The notes under the pieces were generated by a model, which was not told where the DNA came from, made no database searches, and saw nothing but the letters and a program-made list of their open reading frames with translations. From Mytilus edulis (lineage: Eukaryota): DNA of 64,000 bases. The translations under genes were made by a program, and so were the position numbers. Shown here one piece after another: positions 11,558 through 23,347 of the stretch. The DNA lies in the NCBI RefSeq assembly GCF_963676685.1, contig NC_092349.1, forward strand, positions 58,218,001-58,282,000, in the 5' to 3' direction. Each line of letters starts with the position of its first letter. Positions within the stretch are counted from its first letter, which is position 1.

Positions 11558-12256
11558 TTTTGATCTGAAGATTTTAAGTAGGTCGAAGTTTTAAATAAGC
11601 TTCATTCTTCTGAAAGTCATGTTAATAGTTCTGATTTCCGTAGAATGACAATAATTAACAGACAGGTAGAGTAGACAGTTTGGAAGAGGCAGTTGGCTTC
11701 TTAAACTTTATGATGAAGACAAATACTATTCTTTTTAACATCGACAAAAAACTGATATATCGTGTCTTTTACCTTTTATCGTCATAGTGGTGTCACACGA
11801 AGGAAATGATATCTTACTGTTCAATAAGCAGACAGTTGTGCTTAACTTTGGACAATATTGTTGACATGAATACTTAACTTTGTGTGCATATGATGACATA
11901 ATACATGTACTAGTAAATTGACATTTTAATAAAAACAGCAGAGCTGATGAGATGGTTTTTGAATAACTAAATATACAAGTAAAGCATGTTGCTTTTTGCA
12001 AAAAAAAGAGGGACATTACGTGGCACTAAAGGAGGAAAATCACGCCTAGTCCAAAATATTATGATTAACTATTTTTTGCAAACTTGCACGCACAAAAGAA
12101 TGAAGTGTTGTTTTCAATTGCACTGTTTTAATTTCTCAGATTACGAAAGTGTTTTAAAAAGATGCATATTATGGTCAGTGACGATAAGTAACGGTCTATT
12201 CAACTGATAATGGAGAGGTTCTCAAAACTAAGGCAACCCTATAATAGTTTGTGATT

Positions 12257-12609
12257 GTACCGTGGTGTAGTGGTTAGAACATCGGACTTTTAACACAAAG
12301 GTTCCTGGTTCGATTCCCGTCTGGAATGAAAATTTCAGGAACTGAATTTTCGGCTCTCCCTTTACACCATTTGCGAGTATGGTCTTGAGGAAACGACGAT
12401 AGTCCATCGGAAGGGAACGATAAATGGCTGACTAGTGTTAAGAGAGAACCATATGTCTTGCACGTTAAAGAGACCCTTGTAGACTTCGAAAAAGAGCAGG
12501 CTTATGCCGCTACAAGGCAGCACTCACACCCGCAAAGTGGAAAGGGATTAATATAAGTTGCAAAACTTGTTTCCCAATCCACTATAAATAAATATGTTTA
12601 AACTAAACC
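12257..12609 (+). mobile_element. tRNA-derived SINE
   Basis: Pol III A box TGGTGTAGTGG and B box GGTTCGATTCC in a tRNA-like head, followed by a ~280-bp body and an AT-rich tail (ATAAATAAAT..AAACTAAAC). Confidence 0.8.
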
Positions 12610-12875
12610 AAGTCAGGTTGTGTCCGAAACATGTGTTAACTTGTATACACTGGACAAGGTTATTGGTTATTGCTGTGGTCTGTTGTACTGTATTTTTGGT
12701 GATTCCTGTAATCCTTTTAAGCACTATTCATGATTCCCAAATCTCAGTTTTCAGTGAAATGTTGTTCTGTGTTCCGACTGTCTTATGATATATGATCTAG
12801 AAAGGTTGTGACTTGGATTTGTTGATTGCCCCTTTATATCTTATGAATTTCTTCTGAACTGACTATGTGTTATAG

Positions 12876-12992
12876 CTTTGCTCATTGTTGAAGGCCGTAC
12901 GGTGACCTATAGTTGTTAATTATTTCTGTGTCATTTTGGTCTCTCGTGGAGAACAGTTTCATTGGCAATAATACCACATCTTCTTTTTTATA
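12876..12992 (+). repeat. 3' part of a high-copy interspersed repeat (TTGAAGGCCGTACGGTGACCTATAG...ATACCACATCTTCTTTTTTATAT)
   Basis: Further copies at ~8240-8480, 35370-35490, 40300-40440 (reverse), 45550-45665 and 53100-53497; short ends at 49285 and 55690. Confidence 0.8.
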
Positions 12993-13412
12993 TATGGTTA
13001 GTTGGGAAATTACAATCTAGAGAAAGCGAGAGAGAAGTCAAAAAGAGGAACGATAAAGCACTAAATGAATCTTTTTAAAAAGCATTACAGTTAATATCAG
13101 GATGTGATACCCAGCTTCTAATAAGAAATCAACAGGTACAACCAAACTTTAAAACTAAGTAGTTTTATGTAATCATAAATGAATATTGTAGGAGTTTAAA
13201 TCCATTTATAATAACATAATCACCGGCTTAATAATTTACGAAACTCGTAGCTATTTCACAAATCAAGAAAAATACCACTATTGGTGTAGATATAGGAGGA
13301 GTAAGAATTGCTATATCTACAAGTTGATTAAGGTACAAGTTATGATTTGACATGTATCAAGTACAAAATCTAAAACACATTATACTTGTAAAGCAGAACT
13401 ATCAACATTTAT

Positions 13413-15140
13413 CTATAAAACAAACTCAACTACATGAAGTTTAGAAGTTTTACAACGTCTTGCATCATCTTCATGATTGCCCCCATCCCAGTCACTTGAA
13501 CAGCCAATCAATATTCTCCCCATTTTGTCAATATTAAGACTAACTGGGTGAACAATGTCGCCATGAGAAAAGTTAGTGACGAACGTCCCATCTTTTGACA
13601 CGATATGAATGCTGCTAGAGTCTCTGTCCGCAATTAAGATGTCACCATTCATTGTTGAAGCTATGTCATGCGGTGTAAATTTATTGTAAAGGTTGACCCA
13701 AGACTGGCCACTGTATGTCCACTTTGGTTGACCCCACTCTCCTAAGGTAACTACTCTTCCATTCCTTGGTTCATGCGTATATAGTGGATCAGGTCTTGGA
13801 TTTTTTTGTAAATAAAATGACTGGTAGTCAATAATGCAAATGTCATTGTTAATATTTGTTGTGATTTTTGCGGGAAACGTAAATAGCCTATCACCACTAC
13901 CTGCACTACATTCAAATCTTCTGATTTCCTTTCCAACTGAATCAAGTATTATAATTCCAGATTTTTTATTGCAATCATATCCATCACAATATCCTACAAG
14001 AATGGTATTTTGAGTTGCATGAGTACCACAAGGTTTTAAGGAACGGATTGACGTAAATTTTATTTGACTGATACTATGACAAATGTGCATTATTTCATTG
14101 CCTAGCGATTCATCGGAAATTAAAATGTTTCCACGATAAGCAGTCATGTCTACTACCCTAGTTGATGTTTCAAAGTTGGGATTTCGTCTTGTCTGACTGT
14201 AATAACTAATTACAGTGATCATTTTAAGATTAGAAATAGTTATATGCTGGAAATAATTCTTTTTAGCACTGTAAAGTGCAATCGTGTCTGCATTGAGATT
14301 TAAAATGGACGCGATATCCGTCAATACAGTGTTGAATGTGTGTGCCAGTTTTAACTTCGGAACTACAACTACTGATCCAAAGTAAGAATCACTTAAACGT
14401 GATTCAATGTAAATTATTTTGGGAGCTTTGACTTGTTCAGTTATCATTGATGGTAAATCTTTGTTGATCTTTTCGTATACTGTGAAAATAGAAGTTGGTG
14501 ATGATTCCTTTAATGCATCATCAAGGATACCCCTTCTCGCCTTCAAATCTTCTACTATGGTTTCTAATTTCTCTTTTTGTTGTGTAACTAGATTATCTTT
14601 TGGATTCCAAAAACTTTCTAATTTTCGGAAAAGTTTCCCAGCTTCATTTGACAATTGAGTATTCAAGTCATTTTGCCTTTTAGTAATTTTTTGACTGATT
14701 TGACGGTGCTGAAATAGCAACTCTGAATCAATTTTACGAAACTCTGTAACCTTCCCTTCAAAGAATGGTAAAATATTTTCAATTTGTTGCTTTAATTCTT
14801 TTAGACTTTTGTGCTTTATATCGTAAATCCTTGTTAGTTCAATTTTGTCCGACGGATAAATTAAACAAGAGGAGCAAACCGATTTGTCACAATTTCGACA
14901 ATACATTAAACAGTTATGTTCCAGATGTGTAGAACATGGGATACTTTTCAGATCAACTTTATCACTGTACGTTCTATCTGTTTCTTTAAAATCTATAACG
15001 TCATGTTCATGGGAATTTTTAAGTATAGCGTGAATATTAATTCTGCATGAATTACAGAAAAGTACATCACAAGTTTCACACTTCCATTTAACTTCCACCG
15101 ATATCTTACAAAATTGGCATTTTAATGAGTTCTGTGCCAT
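13413..15140 (-). CDS. RING-less TRIM-like protein 2 (paralogue)
   Basis: Colinear with copy 1 over its whole length; same B-boxes, coiled coil and propeller; intact ORF. Confidence 0.9.
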   Translation of the reverse strand: MAQNSLKCQFCKISVEVKWKCETCDVLFCNSCRINIHAILKNSHEHDVIDFKETDRTYSDKVDLKSIPCSTHLEHNCLMYCRNCDKSVCSSCLIYPSDKIELTRIYDIKHKSLKELKQQIENILPFFEGKVTEFRKIDSELLFQHRQISQKITKRQNDLNTQLSNEAGKLFRKLESFWNPKDNLVTQQKEKLETIVEDLKARRGILDDALKESSPTSIFTVYEKINKDLPSMITEQVKAPKIIYIESRLSDSYFGSVVVVPKLKLAHTFNTVLTDIASILNLNADTIALYSAKKNYFQHITISNLKMITVISYYSQTRRNPNFETSTRVVDMTAYRGNILISDESLGNEIMHICHSISQIKFTSIRSLKPCGTHATQNTILVGYCDGYDCNKKSGIIILDSVGKEIRRFECSAGSGDRLFTFPAKITTNINNDICIIDYQSFYLQKNPRPDPLYTHEPRNGRVVTLGEWGQPKWTYSGQSWVNLYNKFTPHDIASTMNGDILIADRDSSSIHIVSKDGTFVTNFSHGDIVHPVSLNIDKMGRILIGCSSDWDGGNHEDDARRCKTSKLHVVEFVL

Positions 15141-15824
15141 TCTTCTATTAAATATCACATCGATGTATCGCTAACAATGTTTTCATGAAGGAAGAGTTTC
15201 CGTATTAATTTAGATAAGAGTTAATTGGATCCGCCACCATTGTCTCTTTTCCTCAGAGGTAGACGTTTGCTATATTTGTTAAACCAAGAGTACGTCGATC
15301 TTTAATATAATTATACTTCCATTCCTGTCGTTGTCAGGGCGCATTACAAATAAATATTTTGAATGTTAACATACACAGATCAACCCCAGCCACAGGCTTT
15401 AAAAATTGATGAAAAGTGTTTGGCCTATATTGAATATCATATAAAAAGGCTTTGAAATTTATTCATGCTGTTTGGAAGTTCATGGAAGGGTAGTTCAGAA
15501 TTTAAACTTTAAAAGATCCAAACATACATGTTATGATATTATTAATGAATCGAGCTACACAGTTTCAGTTGAGAGATTTATACTTTCAATTTAATTAGTT
15601 TACCTATAACTTTATCGATTAAATATTTATTGAATTGATATACGTAATTCAAATGTGTATTAACGGCTGTTAGATTCAGGCTTTATATAAGTTGACTATT
15701 TCACAAAAATACATAAATTAAAATCGTCAAGCTGTATTAGAAACTGTCGAAAATAAAAGTTTCGTACAAACCCTCAGCTACTGGAAGTACCAAATAGCAT
15801 AGATGATATATGATTTTAACAACA

Positions 15825-17273
15825 CGAGAACACACCCGCGAAATCGCGGGCATAAACAGCTTGTAAACTGTTGTAGGATGAATTTTTGTAAAAGATATTA
15901 TGACTGGAGAATTTCATATAAGGTATCAAAAGCCCTCTCCCTTTTTTCCAAAAACCGTTATGTGTTTCTTTCTGTTAAATTCATTTTTTCCAGTGTTTCT
16001 GGCCTTTTACCACAATTATTCCTCCCCTATGCTACAATGCATTTTTTGGTAAAAGTCAAATTAAATTAAAAATTTGCACCGCTTCAACATGAAATAAATG
16101 AAACTGCTTATAGACCATTATTATTCTAATAAAATGTGCTTCTAGGACAATCCATCAGTGCTTTCCCTTTTGAGAGCCCTATTAACATGCCAATGATAGG
16201 ATTTGAATCTCGTATAAATGACTAAGGCTCATTTGGGGGGGGGGGGGGGGGGTCTGAGGGGCCCTGATCCCGAAATCCCGGGCTTAAAAACATGGTATCC
16301 CGAGATGCGTATTTTAACGAAATTCACATCCCGACATCACGAAATTAAAAAAATATATATACCCGCATCCCGTAGAGATCAATCCCGAAATCCCGAGCAT
16401 AAAAAACACCCGATTCCGACGTCCCGAATAAGTCCTGCCTCCCTCTAATCTCTACCCTACTTGCATTTTGGCCAAATCGCTACTTTCACTTTCAACAATA
16501 AATTTTTATGCCCCATTTATGACAATTATGTTTTCTAGTCTGTTCGTCTGTTCGTTCGTTCGTCCCGCTTCAGGTTAAAGTTTTTGTCGAGGTAATTTTT
16601 GATGAAGTTGAAGTCCAACCAACTCGAAACTTACTAAATGTGGTTCCTATGGTATGATCTTTCTAATTTTAATGCCAAATTAATGATTTTACCCCATTTC
16701 ACGGTCCACTAAACATAGTAAATGATAGTGCCGATGTGGCATCCGTATACTATTGACACATTCTTGTTTCCACATGTTTTACTTATTTCAATATATATGC
16801 AACTGGTATGACCCCTTAGATAGTAAATATTTCAGAAAAAAAAATAGACAGAATACAGAGAGTCTCTTTATATTATAGTAGTATAATCGTAGTTTACAGG
16901 TGGATAAACGCGAAAACATAATTGTCTCTAAGGAGGTATAATAGTTGTGGTTCTTGCGATCTAAAAACCATGATATGGAGAACGCTTTGATTGGCTTATT
17001 TATTTTTCATTTTTGTAATCTTTCATACGACTGGTTGTTCTTGTTCATGTTTAAAACCGGAAGTCTTATCTATGACTAAAAGTCAGTCTGATAACGGAAA
17101 CAATATCCGGACACCTATTTTGTCATTTTTCTCCCAAAATAACTCAATCTGAATAATCATAAGAATAGATGACAAATGCGACTATGCATGTCACCTAAAG
17201 AACACAGAGGCATGATGATTGGAAGGAAGAGAAGCGTAACACAAAATGAGGTCTTCTCGTTTAATAGTATAAA
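15825..17273 (-). mobile_element. Non-autonomous Helitron, copy A (degenerate ends, ~560 bp longer than copy B)
   Basis: 3' hairpin CCCGCGATTTCGCGGG followed by TTCTCG (mutated CTAG); highly similar to 18718-19594. Carries a nested HINE at ~16503-16768. Confidence 0.8.
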
Positions 17274-18717
17274 TGCAAGATTCAAGCTTTTGAACGATTA
17301 GAAAAAAAAATTGGCAAATTTTAATGGCAGCTACAATGACACAAATCTAAGGATCTTTTACAATGAATACGTTTAGTGCTGATAATGTACATACAAATAG
17401 CACTACAACCACGTTTGTTTTAAATCTGTCATTTATGCAGCTATTGGTTTTGGTTTGATAAACGTCCAATGGAAAATATATCAAGTAAGTAGGAATACAA
17501 ATCCAGAATAAATGTTACGGAGAAGACGTTACTAAGTTATAAAACTTGTATCTGATCCATTTGTCATTATAGACAATAAATTTGTTTAAACCACTACTCG
17601 ATGTGGCTGTAATCCCATACCTTTAGAATGTACTTAAGTGAGGTTTTGGAAATTTGTGTAAATTGTTCGGACTCCTAGGTTTTTTCCCTATGATACAGGG
17701 TAAAATATTTTGCCCTATAACACCCATTTTTGTTTTCATAAAAAGACTTCAATAGAACATGAAAGGTCATCCTCTACAATTTCAGCAGATTTTGATTTTT
17801 TTTCTTTCGATTTGAGACCCAAATAATACCAATGCAAATGCCAAAAAAAAAAAAAAAAAAAAAAAAAAAGGAGCTCCATAACCAGCTTACTTTGTTCCAT
17901 AACTGATGCTCTGTCAATTTATAGTGTCAATATTAATTTCTTGATCTTTTAAGTTTTACCTCAATCCTATAACCTAATACAAGGTGTCAGTCATGATTCT
18001 TTGAATATTTCCTCTAAGAGGTTAAAATCATGCGTTTCTCGACCAGTTGTACAACAGCCTAGACGATTCTTATGAGAGAAAATGTTATATGAAGTTTGCG
18101 AACATGGGTAAACTAAAATATATTAAGCATATTTTTAAGAACAGGATTCTGCATGCTTTGATTCGAAATTCACATTGGTGAGATTAAGGTTTTAATTCTT
18201 CAATGTGAGTGTTACTTATAGAGGCAACAGTCTGGTCTTTCCTTTGTCATGAAAAACTATTTCAACGTTAAAATGTCACAATCAGAAAGTTTAAGTATTA
18301 CATTTTACATGACCGATCGATGGTCTAGAGTCTAATGATGTCTTTAGATTAATCAAGTCAATTCCCAATCATCCATTGCTTGATGTCTAATAACTTGATA
18401 TAACTTTCCAACGTATTTTATAGGAATAACACAATCGGTGTCACACAGAGAGCAGGATCTGCTTACCCCTCCGGAGCACCTGAGATCATCCCTGGTTTTG
18501 TCGAGGTTTTTGTTAACCAATCCTTATTTTTCTATGTCATCTTTTGTGTACAGTTGTTTGTACAAAGTCAGGAATATGACGTTATATTCCTTTCGTTTGA
18601 TGTGTTTTAGCTTTTAATTTTGCCCTAAGTTAATTGACCATTCGTAATTTTCAAAATCTGGCAATCCTTTTTTGTTCTACTTTTGCCTTTTGTTTTCTTA
18701 TTGTGCTTTTAATTTGA

Positions 18718-19594
18718 CTAGAACACACCCGCGAAATCGCGGGCATATACAACTTGTAAACTATTGTAGGATGAATTTTTGTAAAAGATATTATAACTGG
18801 AGAATTTCATATAAGGTATCAACAGCCCTCTCCCTTTTTTCCAAAGTCCGTTATGTGTTTTCTGTCTGTTAAATTCAATTATTTTTCGTGTTTCTGGTCT
18901 TATGTATCCACAATTATTCTAAGTCAAATTAAACTTAAAATTTGCACCGCTTCAACCATGAAATAAAAGAAACTGCTTATAGACCATTATTATTGTAATA
19001 AAATGTGCTTCTAGGACAATCAATCAGTGCTTTTCCCTTTGAGAGCCCTATTAACATGTCAATGGTAGGATTTGAATCTCAAATAAATGACTAAGGCTCA
19101 TTTGAGAGGTGGTCTGAGGGGCCCTGAGCCCGAAATCCCGGGCTTAAAGACATGAAATCCCGAGGTGCGTATTTTAACGAACATCATATCCCGACATCCC
19201 CAAATTGAAAAAAAAATATTCCCGCATCCCGTTAAGATCAATCCCGTAATCCCGAGCTTAAAAACACCCGATCCCGACGTCCCGATTAAGTCCTGCCTTC
19301 CTCTAATTTCTACCCTACTAGCATTTTGTATTCTAGCATACGATTGGTTGTTCTTGTGCATGTTTAAAACCGGAAGTCTTATCTATGACTAAAAGTCAGT
19401 CGGATAACGGAAACATTATCCGGACACCTATGTTGTCGTTTTTCTCCCAAAATAGCTTAATCTGAATAAACATGCGAATGGATGACAAATGCGACTATGC
19501 ATGTTACCTAGAGAACAGAGACATGATGATTAATTTATTGTGGAAGGAAGAGAAGCGACACACAAAATGAGGTTTTCTCGTTTAATAGTATAGA
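18718..19594 (-). mobile_element. Non-autonomous Helitron, copy B
   Basis: The minus strand starts 5'-TCTATACT and ends with hairpin CCCGCGATTTCGCGGG + TGTGTTCTAG-3'. Inserted between A and T, no TSD: canonical Helitron ends. Confidence 0.88.
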
Positions 19595-19603
19595 TATCGA
19601 CTA

Positions 19604-19904
19604 AGGCAGCAACCATTTGATTTTCTGGGGGGGGGGGGGGGGGGGGGGGGGCTATGGATTTTTTTGGAGAAAAAAAGTTTGTTTCCAGTTTTTGGAGAAA
19701 AAAGTAATTGTTTTTGACCCTGAGAAAAAAAAATGTTTGTTTCACCCTCAGCTGCCACTATATGTAATGCTAAAATTGAAAGAAAAAAATTGTTTTCGAC
19801 TTGTCACCAAAAAAATATATTGTCTTTCGCCGAAGGCGAAAAAAAAGTTTGTCCAGATAAATAGCCCCCCCCCCCTCCCCCCAAATATCAAATGGTTGCT
19901 GCCT
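19604..19904. mobile_element. MITE
   Basis: TIR AGGCAGCAACCATTTGAT...ATCAAATGGTTGCTGCCT flanked by TA (CTAA/TTAA context); poly-G and poly-C subterminal tracts. Confidence 0.85.
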
Positions 19905-20824
19905 TAACGTGTTTGAATGTCCGTTTGGTATCTTTCGCCTCTGTTTTATTGATAGTATTGGTAATGCATTCAACGACTTCTTATCTTTACACATTTTCTT
20001 CGAAAACCGCACACTATCAATTTATTTTAGCTATCCTCGAAAATCAAAGGTACATTAAGGTACCTATACATAAAGACAATTATACGAGTTTTTTGCTGTT
20101 GTTTTGTTTAAGGGATTTTATGCTGAAGGGCTGGACTTAATCTAACTTAAGATTTTACTTAAAATAAGATACTTGGTTTGAAATCTTTAAAGCATACCAC
20201 TAAGGTCAGAAGGACGGAGGATATTAAATACGGATAATGTGTTTAAAAAGTAATTTATCTATCAACCAGTGTCATGAAATGGTAATACAAATTATACGTA
20301 GTATAATCTAAGTTGTATGATTTGAACGCAATTGTGATTTGATTAACTATATATAATGTAGTACAAATGAAGTCCTAATGCTCATATATTAAAACCACAT
20401 ACACTCTTCCTTCTTTCTTTGTATTGCAGCAATCACTACATATTTGCTTGTCATTAGTAGCTTGAGGATTTCACTTACGGTAAGCAATTGTTAGCAGTTT
20501 CAGAACATCATTGTTTAAACCTGGGTTTTATTTTTTGTTTGTTTTTTGTTTTAGTGTATATTTCTTTTACTATGCAGCCAAGTCTATGTTCTTTTTTTAT
20601 ATGTTGGTCATGGTTTTTTTATGTCAAAATCTGGTTTAAATTGTTTCTACGTTATGTAATTGCAAGGCTTTTACATTATTAGATGTTGATAACATCTGGA
20701 ACGATATACTATGGCATGCATATACGAACGGCATTTTGGCCAGGTGTCATAAAAAAAATCATATAAGCACAAATATTTAATTCAATTACATAAAGGAATA
20801 TTAACCTTATATATTGAACATATT

Positions 20825-21608
20825 TGTAAACCTCAGATCTGTGTACGACCTCAAATCTGTGCCCGTTTTTCAAATCTATGCCCAATCGTGACTTCAATCG
20901 CTAAGCTATGTCTGTAAAAAAATATTTACAATCGTAACGTCATTCGCAAATACGTGTTCGTTAAAAAAATAAGGCCTCAAATCTGTGTAATGTTTTAAAT
21001 CTTTTTCCATTTTTTTTTCGCAATGCATAAATCTATGCACATCTAATAAGTTCGGCCTTATGGGTTTTTAATTTTATCAAGTCATTTCCAATAATTTAAT
21101 GTTAAGTTGGTATGTATTCTCCACATAGATCTCCGAGTCTTGAAAATTGACACAACTTCAGCCAAGTTTGCATTTGTGAATTCTTTGCCGTTTTCACTTT
21201 GTAATATTATTGTACAATGTAAGGCATATCCGCCCAAAAACGCTTCTGGATTTGGATCCTTTGAAAAACTTTTTTTGCGCTTATATTAGATATAGTGTAT
21301 CCTTCATTTGGAATAGTGTCCTGCTCCGCCATCATTCCTATCATGCAGTGACGTCATATACTTGATGACGTTTTGTTATGTTTTACGTCGATGAAAGGAC
21401 ATAGGTTTGAGCCAAAAAAAAGCCATAGATTTGAGTAAATAAAGGACATAGATGTGAGACAGTACAAGACATAGATTTGAGACAATAAAGGACATAGATT
21501 TGGAACGTCTATGACGCAATATTAAAAAGGACATAGATATGGAACGTCTATGACGCAATATTAAAAAGAACATAGATTTGCGGAAAGGACATAGATTTGA
21601 GGCTTACA
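20825..21608 (-). mobile_element. Ginger-like internally deleted transposon
   Basis: TGTAA...TTACA termini, 4-bp TSD TATT (20821-20824, 21609-21612) and subterminal AAATCTATGTCC repeats. The minus strand at 21151-21210 encodes IILQSENGKEFTNANLAEVV, resembling the integrase xLQSDNGxEF motif. Confidence 0.7.
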
Positions 21609-21631
21609 TATTTATAGAAGATATTCATCTT

Positions 21632-23347
21632 TCACACCAACTCAGATACATGAAGTTTAGAAGTTTGACAACGTCCTGCGTCATCTTTATGATTTCCCCC
21701 GTCCCAGTCACTCGAACAGCCAATTAATAATCTTCCCATTTTGTCAATATTCAGACTAACTGGGTGCACAATTTCTTCGTGTCTAAAGAAAGTGATAAAT
21801 TGTCCATCCTTTGACACAACATGAATGGTGCTTGAGTCCCTGTCTGCAATTAGGATATGACCATGCATTGTTGTAACGATGTCATGCGGTGTGAACGAAT
21901 TGTCATTAGAGTTAACACTTGCATGTCCTGTATATGTCCATTTTGGTTGACCCCATTCTCCTAAAGTAACAACTCTTCCATTTCTGGGTTTATATGTATA
22001 ATTTCTACAGTTTTGTTCTGGATTTTTTTCTAAATAAAATGACTTGTAATCAATGATGCAAATGTCATTATTTAAATTTGTTGTGATTTTAGCAGGGAAC
22101 GTAAATAATCTATCACTACTTGCACTACATTCAAATCTTCTTATCTCCGTCCCAATTGAATTCAGTGTTATGATTCCCGATTTTCTGGTGGATTTATGAC
22201 TGCTACAGTATCCTACAAGAATGGTATCTCGTGCTGTATGAACACCACAAGCTTCTAACTGATCATTGATCGATGTAAATTTAGTTTGACTCACACTATG
22301 ACAAATGTGCATAATTTCTTTGTCAATCGACTCGTCGGATATCAAAATGTTACCACGGTAAGCTGTCATGTCTACTACTCGGATTGATTTATCGAATTGT
22401 CGGTAACCTCTTTCGTAATCGAAAAGCTTTCTCATTTCAAAATTAGATATAGTTAAATACTGGAAACTTTTTATTTTTGCGCTGTAAATTGTAATGGTTT
22501 CAGCGTTGAGAGTTACAATGCCCGATATATCCGGTAACTCAATAGTGAATGTACGTACCAATTTCAAACCAGGAACTGGAACAATTGAACCAAAATACGA
22601 ACCATTCGATAATGATTCAATATAGGTTAGATTAGGAGGTGTAACATTTAAAATCTTTTTTGGTGGCAAATCTTTTTTGATCTTTTCAAATACTGGAAAA
22701 ATAAAAGATGGTGATGATGCCTCTAATGTTTCTTCGAGTTTATTTTTTCTTTGCTTTAAATCCTTTTTTATGTTCATCAATCTTTCTTTCTCTTGTGTAA
22801 AAGGATTATCAGCTGGATTCTTAAAGCCGTCTAATATTTGAAAAAGCTCCTCGGTTTCATGTACATGTGTCAGTGCGTTTTGCCTGTCAGATATAATTTG
22901 TTTTATACTATCGTACTGAGATATCGATTTCGACTCTAGATTCTGGAACTCAGCAGCCTTCTCCTCAAAGAAGGGTAAAATATTCTCAATCTGTTGTCTT
23001 AACTCTGTAAGACTTTCACGCCTTATATCGTAAATCCTTATCAGTTCTTCTTGATCGGACGGATTAATTAAGCAAGAAGGACAGAGTGATTTGTCACAGT
23101 TTCTACAATAAACTACACAACTATGTTCAGGATGCGTAGAACATGGGATGGTTTTCAGATTCACTTTATCACTGCATTCCGTGTCAATATCTTTATAATC
23201 TGTAACAGCATGTCCATGTGAATTTTTAAGTAAGGCGTGGGTGTTAATTCTACACGGGTCACAGAAAAATACATCACAAGTCTCGCACTTCCATTTAACG
23301 TTAGAAGATATCTTACAGAATTGACATTTTAGTAAGTTTTGTGCCAT
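21632..23347 (-). CDS. RING-less TRIM-like protein 3 (paralogue)
   Basis: Colinear with copies 1 and 2; intact ORF from MAQNLLKCQFC. Confidence 0.9.
   Translation of the reverse strand: MAQNLLKCQFCKISSNVKWKCETCDVFFCDPCRINTHALLKNSHGHAVTDYKDIDTECSDKVNLKTIPCSTHPEHSCVVYCRNCDKSLCPSCLINPSDQEELIRIYDIRRESLTELRQQIENILPFFEEKAAEFQNLESKSISQYDSIKQIISDRQNALTHVHETEELFQILDGFKNPADNPFTQEKERLMNIKKDLKQRKNKLEETLEASSPSFIFPVFEKIKKDLPPKKILNVTPPNLTYIESLSNGSYFGSIVPVPGLKLVRTFTIELPDISGIVTLNAETITIYSAKIKSFQYLTISNFEMRKLFDYERGYRQFDKSIRVVDMTAYRGNILISDESIDKEIMHICHSVSQTKFTSINDQLEACGVHTARDTILVGYCSSHKSTRKSGIITLNSIGTEIRRFECSASSDRLFTFPAKITTNLNNDICIIDYKSFYLEKNPEQNCRNYTYKPRNGRVVTLGEWGQPKWTYTGHASVNSNDNSFTPHDIVTTMHGHILIADRDSSTIHVVSKDGQFITFFRHEEIVHPVSLNIDKMGRLLIGCSSDWDGGNHKDDAGRCQTSKLHVSELV

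Noticed and set aside
12257-12330. tRNA gene
   Set aside because: The acceptor stem does not close properly and the sequence continues into a SINE-like body and tail.
15803-16069. Duplicated small ORFs (with 18672-18872; also 16218-16448 and 19165-19392)
   Set aside because: They lie in non-autonomous Helitron copies and their frames are not preserved between copies.
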